Assembly (NCBI GenBank): GCA_029261065.1 | Contig: JAJDCB010000028.1 | Span: 447-64,446 of the forward strand | DNA length: 64,000 nt | Direction of reading: 5' to 3' | From: Candidatus Omnitrophota bacterium | GTDB taxonomy: Bacteria; Omnitrophota; Gorgyraeia; Zapsychrales; Zapsychraceae | Translations under genes and position numbers: made by a program | The notes under the pieces: model-generated | Told to the model about the DNA's origin: nothing | The model's database searches: none | Seen by the model: the letters and a program-made list of their open reading frames with translations, nothing else | Shown here: positions 1 to 15,000 of the stretch, piece after piece | How the letters are laid out: each line of letters begins with the position of its first letter | Position numbering within the stretch: position 1 is the first letter of the stretch

Positions 1-3000
1 CATCACATTGTTCTCCAGATTCTAAAATGTTGTTTCCGCAAACAGGTGTGGGTGGAGGAGTTGTCGTGACTGTAAAATCACTACTCATCGCTAAACGGTT
101 ATTTGCAGTACCATCTCCGAAATATCTAATGTTATAATTTCCAGCTGTTGTTGGTGCTGTAAACGTCAACGTAACGGGATAATTTGCAGGGCTGGATAAT
201 GTTGTTTGAGTTCCATCTATATATTGCCATGTATTAACGATTGACCAATTGGAATCTGAATCTGATGTGTTGAGTAAAGCGATCCATTCTTCTAAACCAC
301 TAGCGCCACCGTCAAGAGTAACGCTGATTGTTTCTCCAGCTACGTAGCTAGACTTATTAAGTGAGACGCTTGGGTTGTTAGTCAGATTATTTGCGCTTAT
401 TTCAGCCATGACATTGTGTTCGGCCGCATAACAATAGCCATCAAGATAACGAATTTTTAAGAAAGAGGCTGTTGTACTTGTAAAAGTTACTTCTTTTTCA
501 GCGCTGCTGGCAGACCAAGTACCTGTTGTTATTGGACTTCCCCAGTTTCCATTTGTTGAAGATAAAAATACTTCGTACTGCGTACATTTTGTCCACATAT
601 AGGGAAGATATTTAAAACCCCTAACGTCATAGCTTCCACCTAAGTCGATGATCATCTCATGAGGGTTAGTTCCAGATCCCAACCAAAAGGTATTGCTGTC
701 TGCGTCGAGAACATTATCTTTACCTTCATCACCGGAAGTAACCGAAACGATCCTCATTTGTTCCTGAGGAATAAGACCGCCAGGAAAAGGAGTTGTGATT
801 GTTTCTAGATTACAAGTGTTATCGCATCCATCACCGTTAACAGTATTACCATCATCACATTGTTCACCGGATTCTGGCAATCCATTACCACAGACAGGTG
901 AAGAAGGAGGTGTTCCGCCAAATTCATAAGCTCCGATATCGATGTTAGCGCCTACTGGGCGGGTGTTACCTGCATAATCCAAAGCCGGTGCACCGGCGCC
1001 TGTTCCGATATCAATACTTAAGGCGCCAGCTTTTAACCTAAAATCTTTATTCGCAAAATCTACAAACTCATTGGTCAGGTCTGCGTTTAAAATATTGTTG
1101 GATAATGTTGGACCGGCGCAGCCATTATTGCAAAGACCTGACTGATTGGTGATGTTGTTTTCGATGATGGCATCATATGTATATCCAGAGTCTCTTATGG
1201 CATGGGTCTGGCCTGGTGCATCTACAATCGTATACATGATGTTGTTGCGCACAGTATGGTTGCGCCCGTAAAGAACCAGACCACCGTCGTTGTGGGGGCT
1301 CTCATCTATCAGCGTATTGTTGATGACAGTGTGGTTGGTTGCCGGGCCAGTGCCGTGGCCGTCATAAATATGAACCGGCCAGCCTTCCGCCATACCGTAA
1401 ACAATATTGTTTTTAACAACGATATTGTCTGTGTTATCGGACAAATAAATACCGTGGGTTTGGTTACGAGTCGGAGTTACTGCTGTGAGATTAAAAACCA
1501 GGTTATTTTTAACCACAGAATCATCCATTGCTTCCAAGCTCATTCCCACAACGCCGTAGGTATTGGAGGAGCTACCGATCTTATGGAGTTTGACTCCTGA
1601 TATTTCAATGTCCTTACAGCGTGTATAGGGCGCGCCATCAGCGTCCCTCGCAGCAATCCCACCGAATATAAAGTCGGTAATTTCAAAATCCTGGATCTTT
1701 ATGTGAGAGGCCGGTGGATTTTGGGCGCAATTAAAGAAGATGCCACTATCCATAGATTGATTGTTACCGTTCATAACGGCGCCCCATTTGTTTTCTGATT
1801 TAAATGTGATTGGACTCTCGGCGGTGCCACTTTTATTTATGTATAAAACTCTGGCTGGCGATTCGGCTGAGCGTGTCATATAAATTCCGTCCCCGACAAT
1901 CACCGTGTCGCCTGGGATGACATTTTCTTCGGCGTGGTCGATGCTTTTCCAGGGGGTTGCCTTGTTTAACGCTTGTGTTTTTGAGTGGCTGTCACTACCT
2001 GTTGCCCAACCGTTTCCAGCTCCTGCATTACATTCAACTGCAGTGTTACAGACATAATATGTGTTGCCTGAACCAGAGGGAGGTGTTTCTCTAAATTCAT
2101 AGGCACCTATATCATAGGCGTTGCCTTGTGGTCGGTTTTGACCATCAAAATCTTTTGTTACCATCGGAATCGTGATCCCAGTGTCAATCGCAGGACTGCC
2201 TGATTTTACATGGAAATCTGGTATGGTCTCACTAACAAAAAGTGGATCGGTGTTGAGGAGGTTTGTCACAACCGTTCCACGACCGACATCCGAAACGTCA
2301 TCAAGCCCATTTTGCCAACATATGTTATTTGAAATGATTGTATTATCTGCATAATCTCTGACCCTAATACATGCATGGTTATTGCCGAAGATGGTGTTGT
2401 TATAGACCAAGCTGTCATTCGGACTTGAAAACCCTACATATATGCCATACCCAGGTAAGGTGTCTTCACGTCCGTTGTTATAAATAACATTATTGTACGC
2501 AACATTATTATGACCACTTCCAATCAAGAGACCATTTGAGCCATTATCATAGAGGATGTTGTCATGAATCGAATTATTGGAATTGTAAGACTGTCCTTCG
2601 GAATATTGTTGAATCCCGATGCCTTTATTGTTGTAGATCTCAGAATTATAGACCTCATGATGGTGTCCTGTTAAATACAGTCCATGAAATGCTGGATTGA
2701 GTGGTCCATCGTTGCCATTGTTATGGATCTTTAAATTTTTGAACGTACAATAACTACTAATAGGTGTTTGGAGTACTCCAATACCATTACCGTTTCCAGC
2801 ATTTTTGACCTCAGTGCCGTCAATTGTGATATAGGTGCTAGCATTATTCACGCGTATACCAATATTTGTAACATTTGTGGCATCGACGACAAATCCTTTA
2901 AATGTGATATACGACTTTCCATAAAACCACACAACATCGCCACCAGCGCCGCCTGATGTCAGTGGTAATAGTGTGACCACATCATTTTCAAAAGAAGAGA

Positions 3001-6000
3001 TAACCGTTGGGTTGCCCGCGCTTCCACTCACCATCTGGTCGTGATCAATAAATTCATTATAGGTACCAGCTTTGACGTAGAGCGTATCACCGCCAACCAT
3101 ACACCCGAGTCCGCCTGCGATTGTGAGTTTAGGTGTTGATTGTGAGTGTGCTTGTGAACATGAATGGCTATCACTTCCATTTTTTGCTACATAATAGACT
3201 GTGTCGTCAGAAGGAGTTGGTGTTTCGTTTTGACAACTATTTGAACATCCGTCGCCTGAAGTTGTATTGCCATCATCGCATTGTTCACTAGATTCTAAAA
3301 TATTATTTCCGCAAACAGGTGTTGGTTGAGGTGGTGTCGTGACGGTAAAGTCGCTACTTATTGCTAAACGATTAGTTAATCCATTTTCTTGGAAATATCG
3401 AAAGTTATATGTGCCAGCGGTTGACGGTGCTGTAAAAGTCAACGTTATTGGATAAGTAGGAGAAGAGGATGGTAGTGTTTTTGTGCCACTGAGATATTGC
3501 CATGTCGATTCAAATGACCAGGTTGAATCTGGATTGGAGGCAATATACAGAGGAATCCATTCTTGAAGTCCGCCAGGTCCGCCATCAACAGTGACGGTGA
3601 TTGTTTCGCCAGTTTCGTAAGAAGATTTATTCGTGCTAACAGTTGGGTTTCCTTGAATTGGAACAGCAATGATATTAACATCAAAAGTTTTTTCAGTCGT
3701 ATGCGTTCCATCACTGACACGCAAAATCCAACGATACGCTGTACCTGCTGATCCAGCAAGATAATCAAAGTCAGCATTGGCTACAGGACCTGTTCCATTA
3801 AGATAAGAAATTTCAGACCCACCATTTAACGTGTAGAGCCATTCCCAAGAGAGAGGATCGTTGTCAGGATCAGTGGCTGTTGCAGAATAAGAAACTGTTG
3901 AATCTTCATAAAATTGAATGCCTGAGGCGGAAGTATCTACATCAGAAACATCTGTTGAAATAGTTGAAACGTTAGGAGCAGGAGATGTTGAACCATCACC
4001 ATATCCATCTGGAAATTCACAACCATTCCTATTGACATTCAATCGATGATGAACATTTATACATGACTCCTCTGATGCATCATTAATGCCAGGAATAATG
4101 GCTCCACATCCGGTAAAACGTCCATTATCTTCGTTTGCAAGCCACATTGGATTATTTGTTAAAGTACCATTCTCGTAGGTATAAAGAATATTAGCTCCGA
4201 TGTCTTCGTTGTTTTCTCCAGAGCCTTTCAGCAGAGAGGTTTTTGGAATCCAAACCTTACAGGAACCAAGTGATGGATCGTCTGTGTTTTCATGAGTTAT
4301 TTTAGAATTAGGAGGCTTAGGAGAATAATTAATGAGAGCACCCGTAGAATTGGAAAAATCTAATCCCCAGATATTTTGATCGACAAACTTAAATCCATAA
4401 TTCCCGCCAATGGAAAGAGAATTTAGAATAAATGCGGAATTTTGTCCGGTATTGATATATCGCTCATCACTAGTTTCTTGATCAGCCAAGAATCCCGAAC
4501 TATCGACGCCATTAAAAACAGAGCAATTCTTACATTGGATGTTTTGCGAACCACGGATGAACATCCCATAGCTTTTTGGATTGACTACTACCAAATTCTC
4601 AGCAGTATTATCTTTCGGCGGGGTATATACGTTTTCAAGTCGTTGTCGGAAACTTATACCGTAAAATTCGTTGAGTGAGATATTACCAAAGAATTGATTA
4701 TTAATGGAAGAAGCTTTAGACTGAACACCCGCTAGTTGTACATTGCCTTCCGAAATATTGTTTTCTAATAAGGTATTCGCTGCAGGATACATTTCCACAC
4801 ACGAGTCGCCACGACCTTCGAGTCCATCAATAACATCGTTCCCGAACCCGTCAGGAAGCTCTTCATATCCGCGGGAATTGCAGTAATTTCTTCGAAAAGT
4901 ATTGTTATTGGTGTTTCCACTACCCGAATTGAATGGCATCATGGCATGACGGTGAAAATAATAAAATTCGTTTTCTTCAATGAGCGAATCATCAACTTCT
5001 TTTAGTTCTAAAAGATGGGAGTTTTTATATCGGTTATTATGCGTTAGGAGCATTCTTCGGATTGTAAGATGATGTGAGCCTTCAACACTCATGGGGCCGC
5101 CGAAAACACTTCCGTTGAAATCGTCACCTTTGATTCGCAAGCCTTCAATGGTCCAGTATGAACAGTTGGAGATGGTAAAAGGATCGTAGCTTCCATCTCC
5201 TTCTAAAAACGCTTTGCGTTCATTTTCAGCTTTTATGGTGATGCGTTGAAGATCTGTTCCGTTTTTCGTATTGGATTCGGCGCAGTTAGCGACGAACGTG
5301 CCTGAGTTAGATTTTTTATAAATTCCATCCTTGAGTATTAAAGTGTCCCCGGGAGAAAGCTTTGGAAGTGCAAAAGCAAAAGTCTGCCAAGGGGTGTCAT
5401 AGGACCCATCATCAAGATCGTTTCCGTTTGGCGAAATGTAAACAGCATCAGAAGGTTGTGGAATGCTTTGATTGTCAACATTGATCGAATGCAAAGAGGA
5501 GGTCGTTGTATTTCCCGCCGCATCACGTGCACGCGCACTTAAGGTGTGGTTGCCATTGGTAATAGTTGTTGTATCTAAAGAAATAGAGTAAGGCACTGAA
5601 GTGTCTTCGCCGCCGAGGTTAGTTCCATCAAGAATAAATTGAACGCCAAGCACTCCAACATCATCTGACGCAGTTGCGGAAACAGAAATTGTATTGTAAG
5701 CCGTTGAACCGTCAGATGGAGAAGTTAATGACACACTCGGTGGTGTCGTATCAATCGGAACTGTTACTGTGAAGTTGCTACTAACGCTTAAGCGGCTACT
5801 TATCGAATTATCCGCAAAATATCTAATATTATATGTTCCAGCGATTGTTGGTGCTGTAAATGTTAATGTATGTGGATAGCTGACAGGTGATGTAGGTTGA
5901 GATTGTGTTTCATTTAAATACTGCCATAAGTTTAAATTCGCCCAGGCTGAGTCTGGATCAGTATCAACTACCAATGTGATCCATTCTTGCAGGCCACTTA

Positions 6001-9000
6001 ATCCGTCATCAACAGTAACCGTAATCGTGTCTCCGGTTTCATAGGTTGATTGATCTACTGATACACTCGCATTAATTATTGGTGGAACAGCAATGATATT
6101 AACATCAAGAGTTTTTTCAGTCGTATGTGTTCCATCACTGACACGTAAAATCCAACGATACGCTGTACCTGCTGATCCAGCAAGATAATCAAAGTCAGCA
6201 TTGGCTACAGGACCTGTTCCATTAAGATAAGAAATTTCAGACCCAGCATTTAAAGTGTAAAGCCATTCCCAAGAGAGAGGGTCGTTGTCAGGATCAGTGG
6301 CTGTTGCAGAATAAGAAACAGTTGAATCTTCATAAAACTGAATGCCTGATGCGGAAAGATCTACATCAGAAACATCTGTTGAAATACTTGAGACAATAGG
6401 AAAAGGAGATGTTGAGCCATCACCATATCCATCAGGAAATGAACATCCATTCGTATTCACATTCAAACGTTCATGCACATCCATACAGGATATGCCGGGT
6501 TTGTCATTGACGCCGGGAACAACAACCCCACAAGGGAATTCACCTGTTGAAGTATTCCAAAGCGGTTCGTTTGTTAGTACACCATCTTTATAACGGTATA
6601 ATACATTAGCTCCAATGTCCTCACCATTTTTTCCAGCTCCTTTTAAGGAACTTGAATCAGGAACAAAGACTCGACAACTTCCCATATCTGATGTGGCACT
6701 GACTGATGATGGTGGAGTGGTCGCTGTATCACGAGTCTCAGTACCAGTGCTCCATACATTATCGGAAGCATTCCATCCAACGGAATTTTCCAATATCCTG
6801 GTTTTGAATTGACTACCATTGGCGATATAGTAACTTAAACTGACATCTTGCACCAAAGTATTTTGGAGTGTAAGACCAGGATCCTGCTGAATTTTACAAG
6901 TTTCATTCGAAGGATAATAATGGCCGCATTTTCCTGGACCCTGACGCGGATCATATTTATTATTTGCAGTAACGCCAAAGGTCTTTCCTCCAAAAATTGA
7001 GAAATTTTTAGCTACGGTATTAAATGTGCTTTGAGATATGAAACCAACTCCCGTTTCACGCAGTGCGTTTCCTTCTAGATATCCGATAGACACATTGTGT
7101 TCGTATCGTGGATTAGCAGTTGCCATAAATTCTTGTGGATGTTTTGTTGTTGTATAGTTTGTTACACAATTCATCGCAACATTTCCAATAAATTCATTGT
7201 TAGGACCAGAATTGTTAAAACAACTATCTCGAGTATCTTGTGCAATATTGTTTTCAAAAAGCATATCATCTGCATAATACGCTACAAAACATTCCTGCTG
7301 CAATGTAGTTCCAGGAACACCACCCCGGCAAAAATTTCGGCGGAATGTGACCCTTTTACCGCCAAGTGCATAGATAACATTTCCTGTAATATTGTATGCT
7401 TCGTTTTCTTCAACTAACATATCAAAAGACTGATAAGCTATTATAGCGTTGCTGGGTACCAATTTATTTAGGTCATGGATCAAGGTACGTTTAACTTCAA
7501 CATGAGATGACTGATAAACTTGAATACCTATTGCTTCAGTAAGGTTAGCGTTAGGAGTTCCACTGATATGAAGGCCTTCAATGTTATACCAATCGCATTG
7601 ATTCAGACTGATAGAAACTGAATCGCCGTCATTAATAAGATGGGCTTGGCGTTCATTAAGCGCTTTGATAGTAATGGGATTACCTTGTGTTCCCTTAGGG
7701 GCGTTGCCTCCAGCCTCACAAGTAAGCGTAATATTCTCGGTATATGTTCCATCAACCAAACAAAGTGTGTCGCCTGGAACAGCCACCGGCCAGAAGTCGG
7801 CCACTTGAAATGGTGATGACGTTGACAAACCATTGCCTTCACCATTGGGTGAAGCATAATAATCGCAACTGGCTATTGGTTGTGGATCATCTTGATTATT
7901 TACCGTCACATTTATAGTTGTGGCTGTTGTCGTATTACCCGCAGCATCACGCGCACGTGCACTTAAGGTATGGTTGCCATTGGCAATCGTTGTAGTATCT
8001 AAAGAAATAGAGTAAGGCTCCGATGTGTCTTCGCCCCCGAGGTTAGTTCCATTTAGAATAAATTGAACGCCAAGCACCCCAACATCATCCGACGCAGAAG
8101 CCGAAACAGAAATTGTATTGGAAACCGTTACGCCATTGGATGGGGATGTCATCGAAACACTTGGTGGCGTTGTATCTGTTGTTGGATTTGGATCAACAAT
8201 GAGTTGAGCATCTAAAACAAGATCGCCCCATTGTGAAGGGTTTTTAAACACTCCTGTTGAATCAATAAGACCCATCCAATCAAATTGAGTGCCAATGCTA
8301 TTGTCACGATCATTATTCACGAGGAGTAATCCCATCACTTTATTAGCGACAGCAGATGTATTAAGAGAAGACCAAGGAATTTTTATCTCCATGATATATC
8401 CATTTGGATGTGTCATTGTTTGTGAAGACATGCCGGCAATATTAAAATCATTAATATTGATGATTTCATGAATGTCATTAGGATCCATTGATGAGGATTC
8501 ATCGTGATCCACATCAATATAAAATTCAGCGCCATCATCGGCCCAAAGGCTGGTGTCTTGGGCTTCTAAATTCGAGTCTGTAACGTCATAAGCTAAATAA
8601 AGATTTTGATCATCCCAAAGAGTAGACACGGTTACCTGGTTGTCGCTTCGTCCAGGATTGTTAAAGGCCACAGAGTTGGCTTGACTCCAGGCGTATTCAG
8701 ACATATCGCCATTAAGGGTGATCGGTGTATCTGTCTTTTTGGCAGAAATAGATTGGGAAATAATTTGAATCTGACAGCTGTTATTACATTCATCATCGTT
8801 GACCGTATTGCCGTCATCACATTCTTCACCAGGTTCTAAGGCACCATTACCGCAGACAGGTGCAGGTAGCGTGACGGTAAAATCGCTGCTTATAGCTAAA
8901 CGATTAGTTAATCCATTTTCTTGGAAATATCGAAAGTTATATGTACCAGCGGTTGACGGTGCTGTAAAAGTCAACGTTTTCGGATAAGTAGGAGAAGAGG

Positions 9001-12000
9001 TTGGCAGTGTTTGTGTGCCACTAAGATATTGCCATGTCGTTTCAAATGACCACGTTGAATCTGGATTGGAGGCAATATATAGAGGAACCCATTCTTGAAG
9101 CCCACCAGGTCCGCCATCAACAGTGACGGTGATTGTTTCGCCAGTTTCGTAAGAAGATTTATTCGTGCTAACAGAAGGGTTTCCTTGAATTGGAACAGCA
9201 ATGATATTAACATCAAGAGTTTTTTCAGTTGTATGCGTTCCATCGCTGACACGTAAAATCAAATGATACGCTGTGCCCGCTGATCCAGCAAGATAATCAA
9301 AGTCAGCATTCGCAACAGGACCGGTTCCGTTAAGATAAGAAATTTCAGACCCACCGTTTAACGTGTAAAGCCATTCCCAAGAGAGAGGATCGTTGTCAGG
9401 ATCAGTAGCTGTAGCAGAATAGGAGACGGTTGTATCTTCATAAAATTGAATACCAGAGCTTGAAGTATCCACATCGGAAACATCCGTTGAAATAGTTGAA
9501 ACGTTAGGAGCAGGTGATGATTGGCCACTACCATACTCAGCAGGAAATGAACAGCCGTTGGTATTGACATTCAAACGTTCGTGAACATCAAAACAGGAAT
9601 TGCCAGCAATGTCGTTAACGCCAGGGATAATCGCCCCACAGGTAAATTGTCCTGTTGATGTATTCCAAAGCGGTTCATTAGTTAGAACTCCATCTTGATA
9701 GCGGTACAATACATTCGCTCCGATATCTTTGCCATCTTTTCCGATTCCTTTCATCGGAGAACCATCAGGAATAAAGACCTTACATGTCCCAAGTCCGGGA
9801 TCATCAATTGACGTTTTTGTATAACGAGAATCATTCGCCGGACTATAGTTGTTTGACTGCCCAAAGGAGTTGCTCGAGTCAATACCAAAATCGGATAGAG
9901 TAAGCATAGAGAATCCAAAGCTATTATTATTCGCCGCTAAGCTGTTCTCATAGAAGATAGTCGGATGTCCATCGCCTATAAACTGTGTGGTAGCCGCAAA
10001 TCCACCGTCTTGATTATCGAGTACCATACAGTTATGACATTGAGTATTTTTGTTTGCAACGAAGTCCATTCCACTATAAATTGAATTAATGGCGACAAAG
10101 TTTTCCACCAAAGTATTTTGAGGCATATTCCTAAGTGTATTGCCTCGTGCGACAAATGTTGCACCACGTGTATTATTAAGGGCGATGTTCCCAAAGAGCT
10201 TATTATTCATCGCTCCAACTCCATCTGCCTCAATGTCGAAACCGCCTCCGACCTTCTCTGCTATATTGTTTTCCACAATATTATTACTACCAGGATAAAG
10301 CGCAATTCCAGCAGCCCCTCGATCAGGGTAATATGAGTCGTAACCGTCAGGAATATCAGGATTAAGACGAGAATTCACGTAATTGCGCCGAAATGTATTA
10401 TACTCACCTCCAGCGGCGTTAAGTATTCCGTGACGGTGATAATCGTACAATTCATTTTCTTCAACAAGACTGTAATCCGTATTATATAATAATAATGCTG
10501 AGGAGTTAACATACCGATTATTATGACCCACCAACATTCGTCGAAACGTTAAGTTATTTGAGTTACCAGCGTAAATAGGATCACCAAGTTGTGAACCAGG
10601 GGCATCATCACTTTCAACCCGTAAACCTTCAAACGTCCAATACGCACAATTCACAATGGAGAGAGTCTCTTCGTGTCCAGTTCCTTTTAAAAAGGCCCTG
10701 CGTTCATTCTCAGCTTTAACGGTAATAGGTAATTCTGCTGTTCCATTGGTATAACCACTACCACAAACAATATTTGGATAGCCGCTTCCGGTCGTATTAT
10801 TGTAGTCACCGTCTTTGACTATTAGAGTATCACCTGGTTGCAATTGCTTTAACGCATGTGCCCAGGTTTTAAAAGGAGAGCCAATCGTTCCTGGAAATGT
10901 ATCATCACCAGTAGGGGAGATGTAAAAGACGTCACCCGTTGGTGGTGTGACTTGATGATCAACCGTAAAATTGATTACGGATGATGTTGTCGTGTTGCCC
11001 GCAGCATCACGCGCTTGCGCACTTAAGGTATGATTGCCATCTGAAATAACTGTGGTATCTAAAGAAATAGAGTAAGGATAAGAAGTATCTTCAGAAACAA
11101 GATTGGAGCCATCTAAAATAAATTGAACACCGGCAACACCGACATCATCAGAGGCCGAGGCTGAAACAGTTATTGTATTAGAAATAATCGAACCGTTAGA
11201 AGGAGATATCACTGAAACAGAAGGTAGTGTTGTATCTAGAGGTGCTGTTACCGTAAAGTTATTACTCATCGCTAAACGGCTACTTATACTGTTATCCGCA
11301 AGATATCTTATGTTATAACTGCCTACTGTTGTTGGAGCTGCAAACGTTAGAGTAACCGGATAGTTCACCGGTGAAGACGGTTGTGTCGTCGTTCCATTTA
11401 AATATTGCCATTTATTAACAACGGACCAATCCGAATCAGGATCTGATGTATTGTAAACCGCGATCCATTCTTGAAGGTCGCTTGCTCCGCCGTCAATAAT
11501 GACGGTGATTGTCTCGCCAGATTCATATGTTGATTGATCCATTGATACAGTAGGATTGAGGGTTTGTTCAATCTGACAAGTCGCGCTACAGCCGTCGCCA
11601 TTATCCGTATTCCCATCCTCGCACTCTTCTTCAGGTTCATGAATGCCGTTACCGCAAATGGAAGGACAATCGCTGGCACAGTTAAGGGTGTCTTCTGGAA
11701 GATTTGTACAAATACCATCTCCGCAGAATAAAGATGTCACACAAGAATCATAAGCCGTACATGTTTCGTTGCAGTCCTCTGTACCAGGATAACCGTTTAA
11801 GTCCGTACAGTTTTGTGAATTAGAATCACAGATTTCATTTAAAAGGGGATGAAGGATGCCATCTCCACAAAATTCATTTTGACAGGAATCATTACAGTCA
11901 TCGCCATTAGTATTGTTGCCATCGTCACATTCTTCACCTAAACCAGTTTGAACGATGCTATCACCACAAGTTTCTAAAACGCACAGAGAAGAGCAACCAT

Positions 12001-15000
12001 CTTCATCTATAGTATTACCGTCATCACAAGATTCATTCCCATTAACAAGATCATCCCCACAAAATTCTGTAGGAGTACACGAATTATAAGAGCAATCCGA
12101 TTGGCACGATTGAATACCTTGATAGCCGTTAACGCTACAACTAAGAGAAGAGTTGCCTTCACATTCTTCGCCTAAACCAGGTTGAACAATGTTGTCACCG
12201 CAAGCTTCAAGAACACAAGTTGCGGAGCAACCGTCTTCATCCAAGTTATTACCGTCATCGCAAGCTTCACCCGTTTCAAGAACGTTGTTGCCGCAAGACC
12301 CTTGAGTGATACCAGTACAGAGGGCATTACAATTGTTAGGTGTGCCGTTGTTGACACCGTCATCACAAATTTCGCCACTTTCAAGAACATTGTTGCCACA
12401 AGAGCTTAGAGTGATTCCGCTACAGAGAGCATTACAATTGTTAGGCGTACCATTGTTAGCGCCATCATCACAAGATTCATTTCCATTAACAATATCGTCC
12501 CCACAAGATTCTGTAGGGGTACAAGAATTATAAGAGCAATCCAATTGGCAAGATTGAATACCTTGATAACCATTGAGGACACAATTAAGAGAAGAGTTGC
12601 CTTCGCATTCTTCACCTAAACCAGATTGAACAATGTTGTCCCCACAAGATTCAAGAACACAAGTCGCGGAGCAACCGTCTTCATTTGAGTTATTACCGTC
12701 ATCACAAGCTTCACCTGTTTCAAGAACGTTGTTGCCACAAGTCCCTTGAGTTGTACCAGTACAAAGGGCATTACAATTGTTAGGCGTGCCGTTGTTAGCG
12801 CCATCATCACAAGATTCATTACCATTAACAATATCGTCCCCACACGATTCGGTAGGAATACAAGAATTATAAGAGCAATCCAATTGGCAAGATTGAATAC
12901 CTTGATAACCATTGAGGACACAATTAAGAGAAGAGTTGCCTTCGCATTCTTCACCTAACCCAGATTGAACGATGTTGTCACCACAAGATTCAAGAACACA
13001 AGTCGAGGAGCAGCCATCTTCATCCGCATTATTACCGTCATCGCAAGCTTCACCCGTTTCAAGAACGTTGTTGCCGCAAGAGCCTTGAGTTGTACCAGAA
13101 CAGAGAGCATTACAATTGTTAGGCGTGCCGTTGTTAGCGCCATCATCACAAGATTCATTACCATTGACAATATCGTCCCCACAAGATTCGGTAGGGGTGC
13201 AAGAGTTGTAAGAGCAATCGGATTGGCAAGATTGGATGCCTTGATAACCATTAAGGACGCAATTAAGAGAAGAGTTGCCTTCACATTCTTCACCTAAACC
13301 AGATTGAACAATGTTGTCACCACAGGATTCGATAGTACAAATGGAAGAGCAGCCGTCTTGATCGACATTGTTACCATCGTCGCAAGCTTCAGCGCCTTCA
13401 AGGGTATTGTTGCCGCAAGATGCTAAAGTGATTCCGCTACATTCGGCGTTACAATGATTAGGGGTTCCGTTGTTCGTGCCGTCATCACATGCTTCAACTC
13501 CGTTTACAATGTTGTCCCCACAAAATTCTGTAGGGGCGCAAGAATTATAGGAACAATCATTTTTACAGGATTGTGTTCCGTTATAATTATCGATCACACA
13601 ATTAAGAGAAGAGTTGCCATCACATGCCTCGCCTAACCCAGGTTGAACAATGTTATCGCCACAAGATTCAAGAACACAGACAGAAGAGCAACCGTCTTCA
13701 TCCACGTTATTACCATCATCACAAGTTTCATTATCTTCAAGAATACTGTTGCCACAAGAGGCAGGAGTGGTTCCGCTACATTCGGCGTTACAAGAATTTG
13801 GCGTATTGTTGTTAGCGCCATCATCACACGATTCGTTTCCGTTTAAAATACCATCACCACAAGATTCGCTAGCGATACAGTTATTAAAGGTGCAGTTATT
13901 AAGACAGGATTGTGTTCCTACATATCCATTAATACTACAGCTTATGCTTTCGTTTCCTTCGCACTGTTCACCAAGTTCGTTTTGAACGATGTCATCGCCA
14001 CAAGATTCGATGTTACAAGTTGAAGAGCAGCCATCTTCATCCGTGTTGTTACCGTCATCACAAGCTTCATTGTTTTCTAGAATATTGTTACCACAAACAG
14101 CTTCAGTTATTGCAGTACAAGTATCATTACAATGATTAGCGCCTCCATTGTTAGCGCCATCATCACAGGTTTCGTTACCATTTAAAGTGCCATCGCCACA
14201 AAATTCGGTAGGTGAGCAAGTATCAAAAGAACAGGTATCTTGACATGATTGAATTCCGTTATAACCATTTATGATACAGCCAATCGTTGTGTTTCCTTCG
14301 CATTGTTCGGAAAGGCCATCTTGAACGATGCCGTCGCCGCAGAATTCATTTTGACATGTAGACGAGCAACCATCATTGGAGGAGAGGTTATGATCATCAC
14401 ATTCTTCACCAAGACCGGGTTGAATAACGTTATCCCCGCAAATTTCAAGTTTACATTCAGGAGAGCAGCCATCATTAGCATCATTGTTGCCATCATCACA
14501 AAGTTCGCCTAGTTCGAGTTGTCGGATGCCATCCCCACAAAGTTCAGCGGCACAATCTGGTGTACAACCATCATTGAAATCATTGTTACCATCATCACAC
14601 ACTTCACCTAATCCAGCTTGAATGATATTATCGCCACAAAATTCAGCGACACATAGATCGTTACATCCATCACCGGAATTGGAATTTCCGTCATCGCAAT
14701 TTTCACCTAAATTTGGCTGAATTGTTCCATCGCCACAAAATTCATTGACACAAATATTGTTACAGCCATCGCCATCAATGTTATTTCCGTCATCACAGGA
14801 TTCACCCGCTTCAATGATAGTGTTGCCGCAGACAGGTAATGTTGTGCCATTACATTGAGCGTTACAATGATTGGAGGTTCCGTTATTGTTACCATCATCA
14901 CACGTTTCATCGCCGTTTCGAATATCATCTCCACAGAACTCAGCAGTCGTACACGAATCAAATGAGCAGTTGCTTTGGCAAGTTTGAAGACCTTGGTAGC

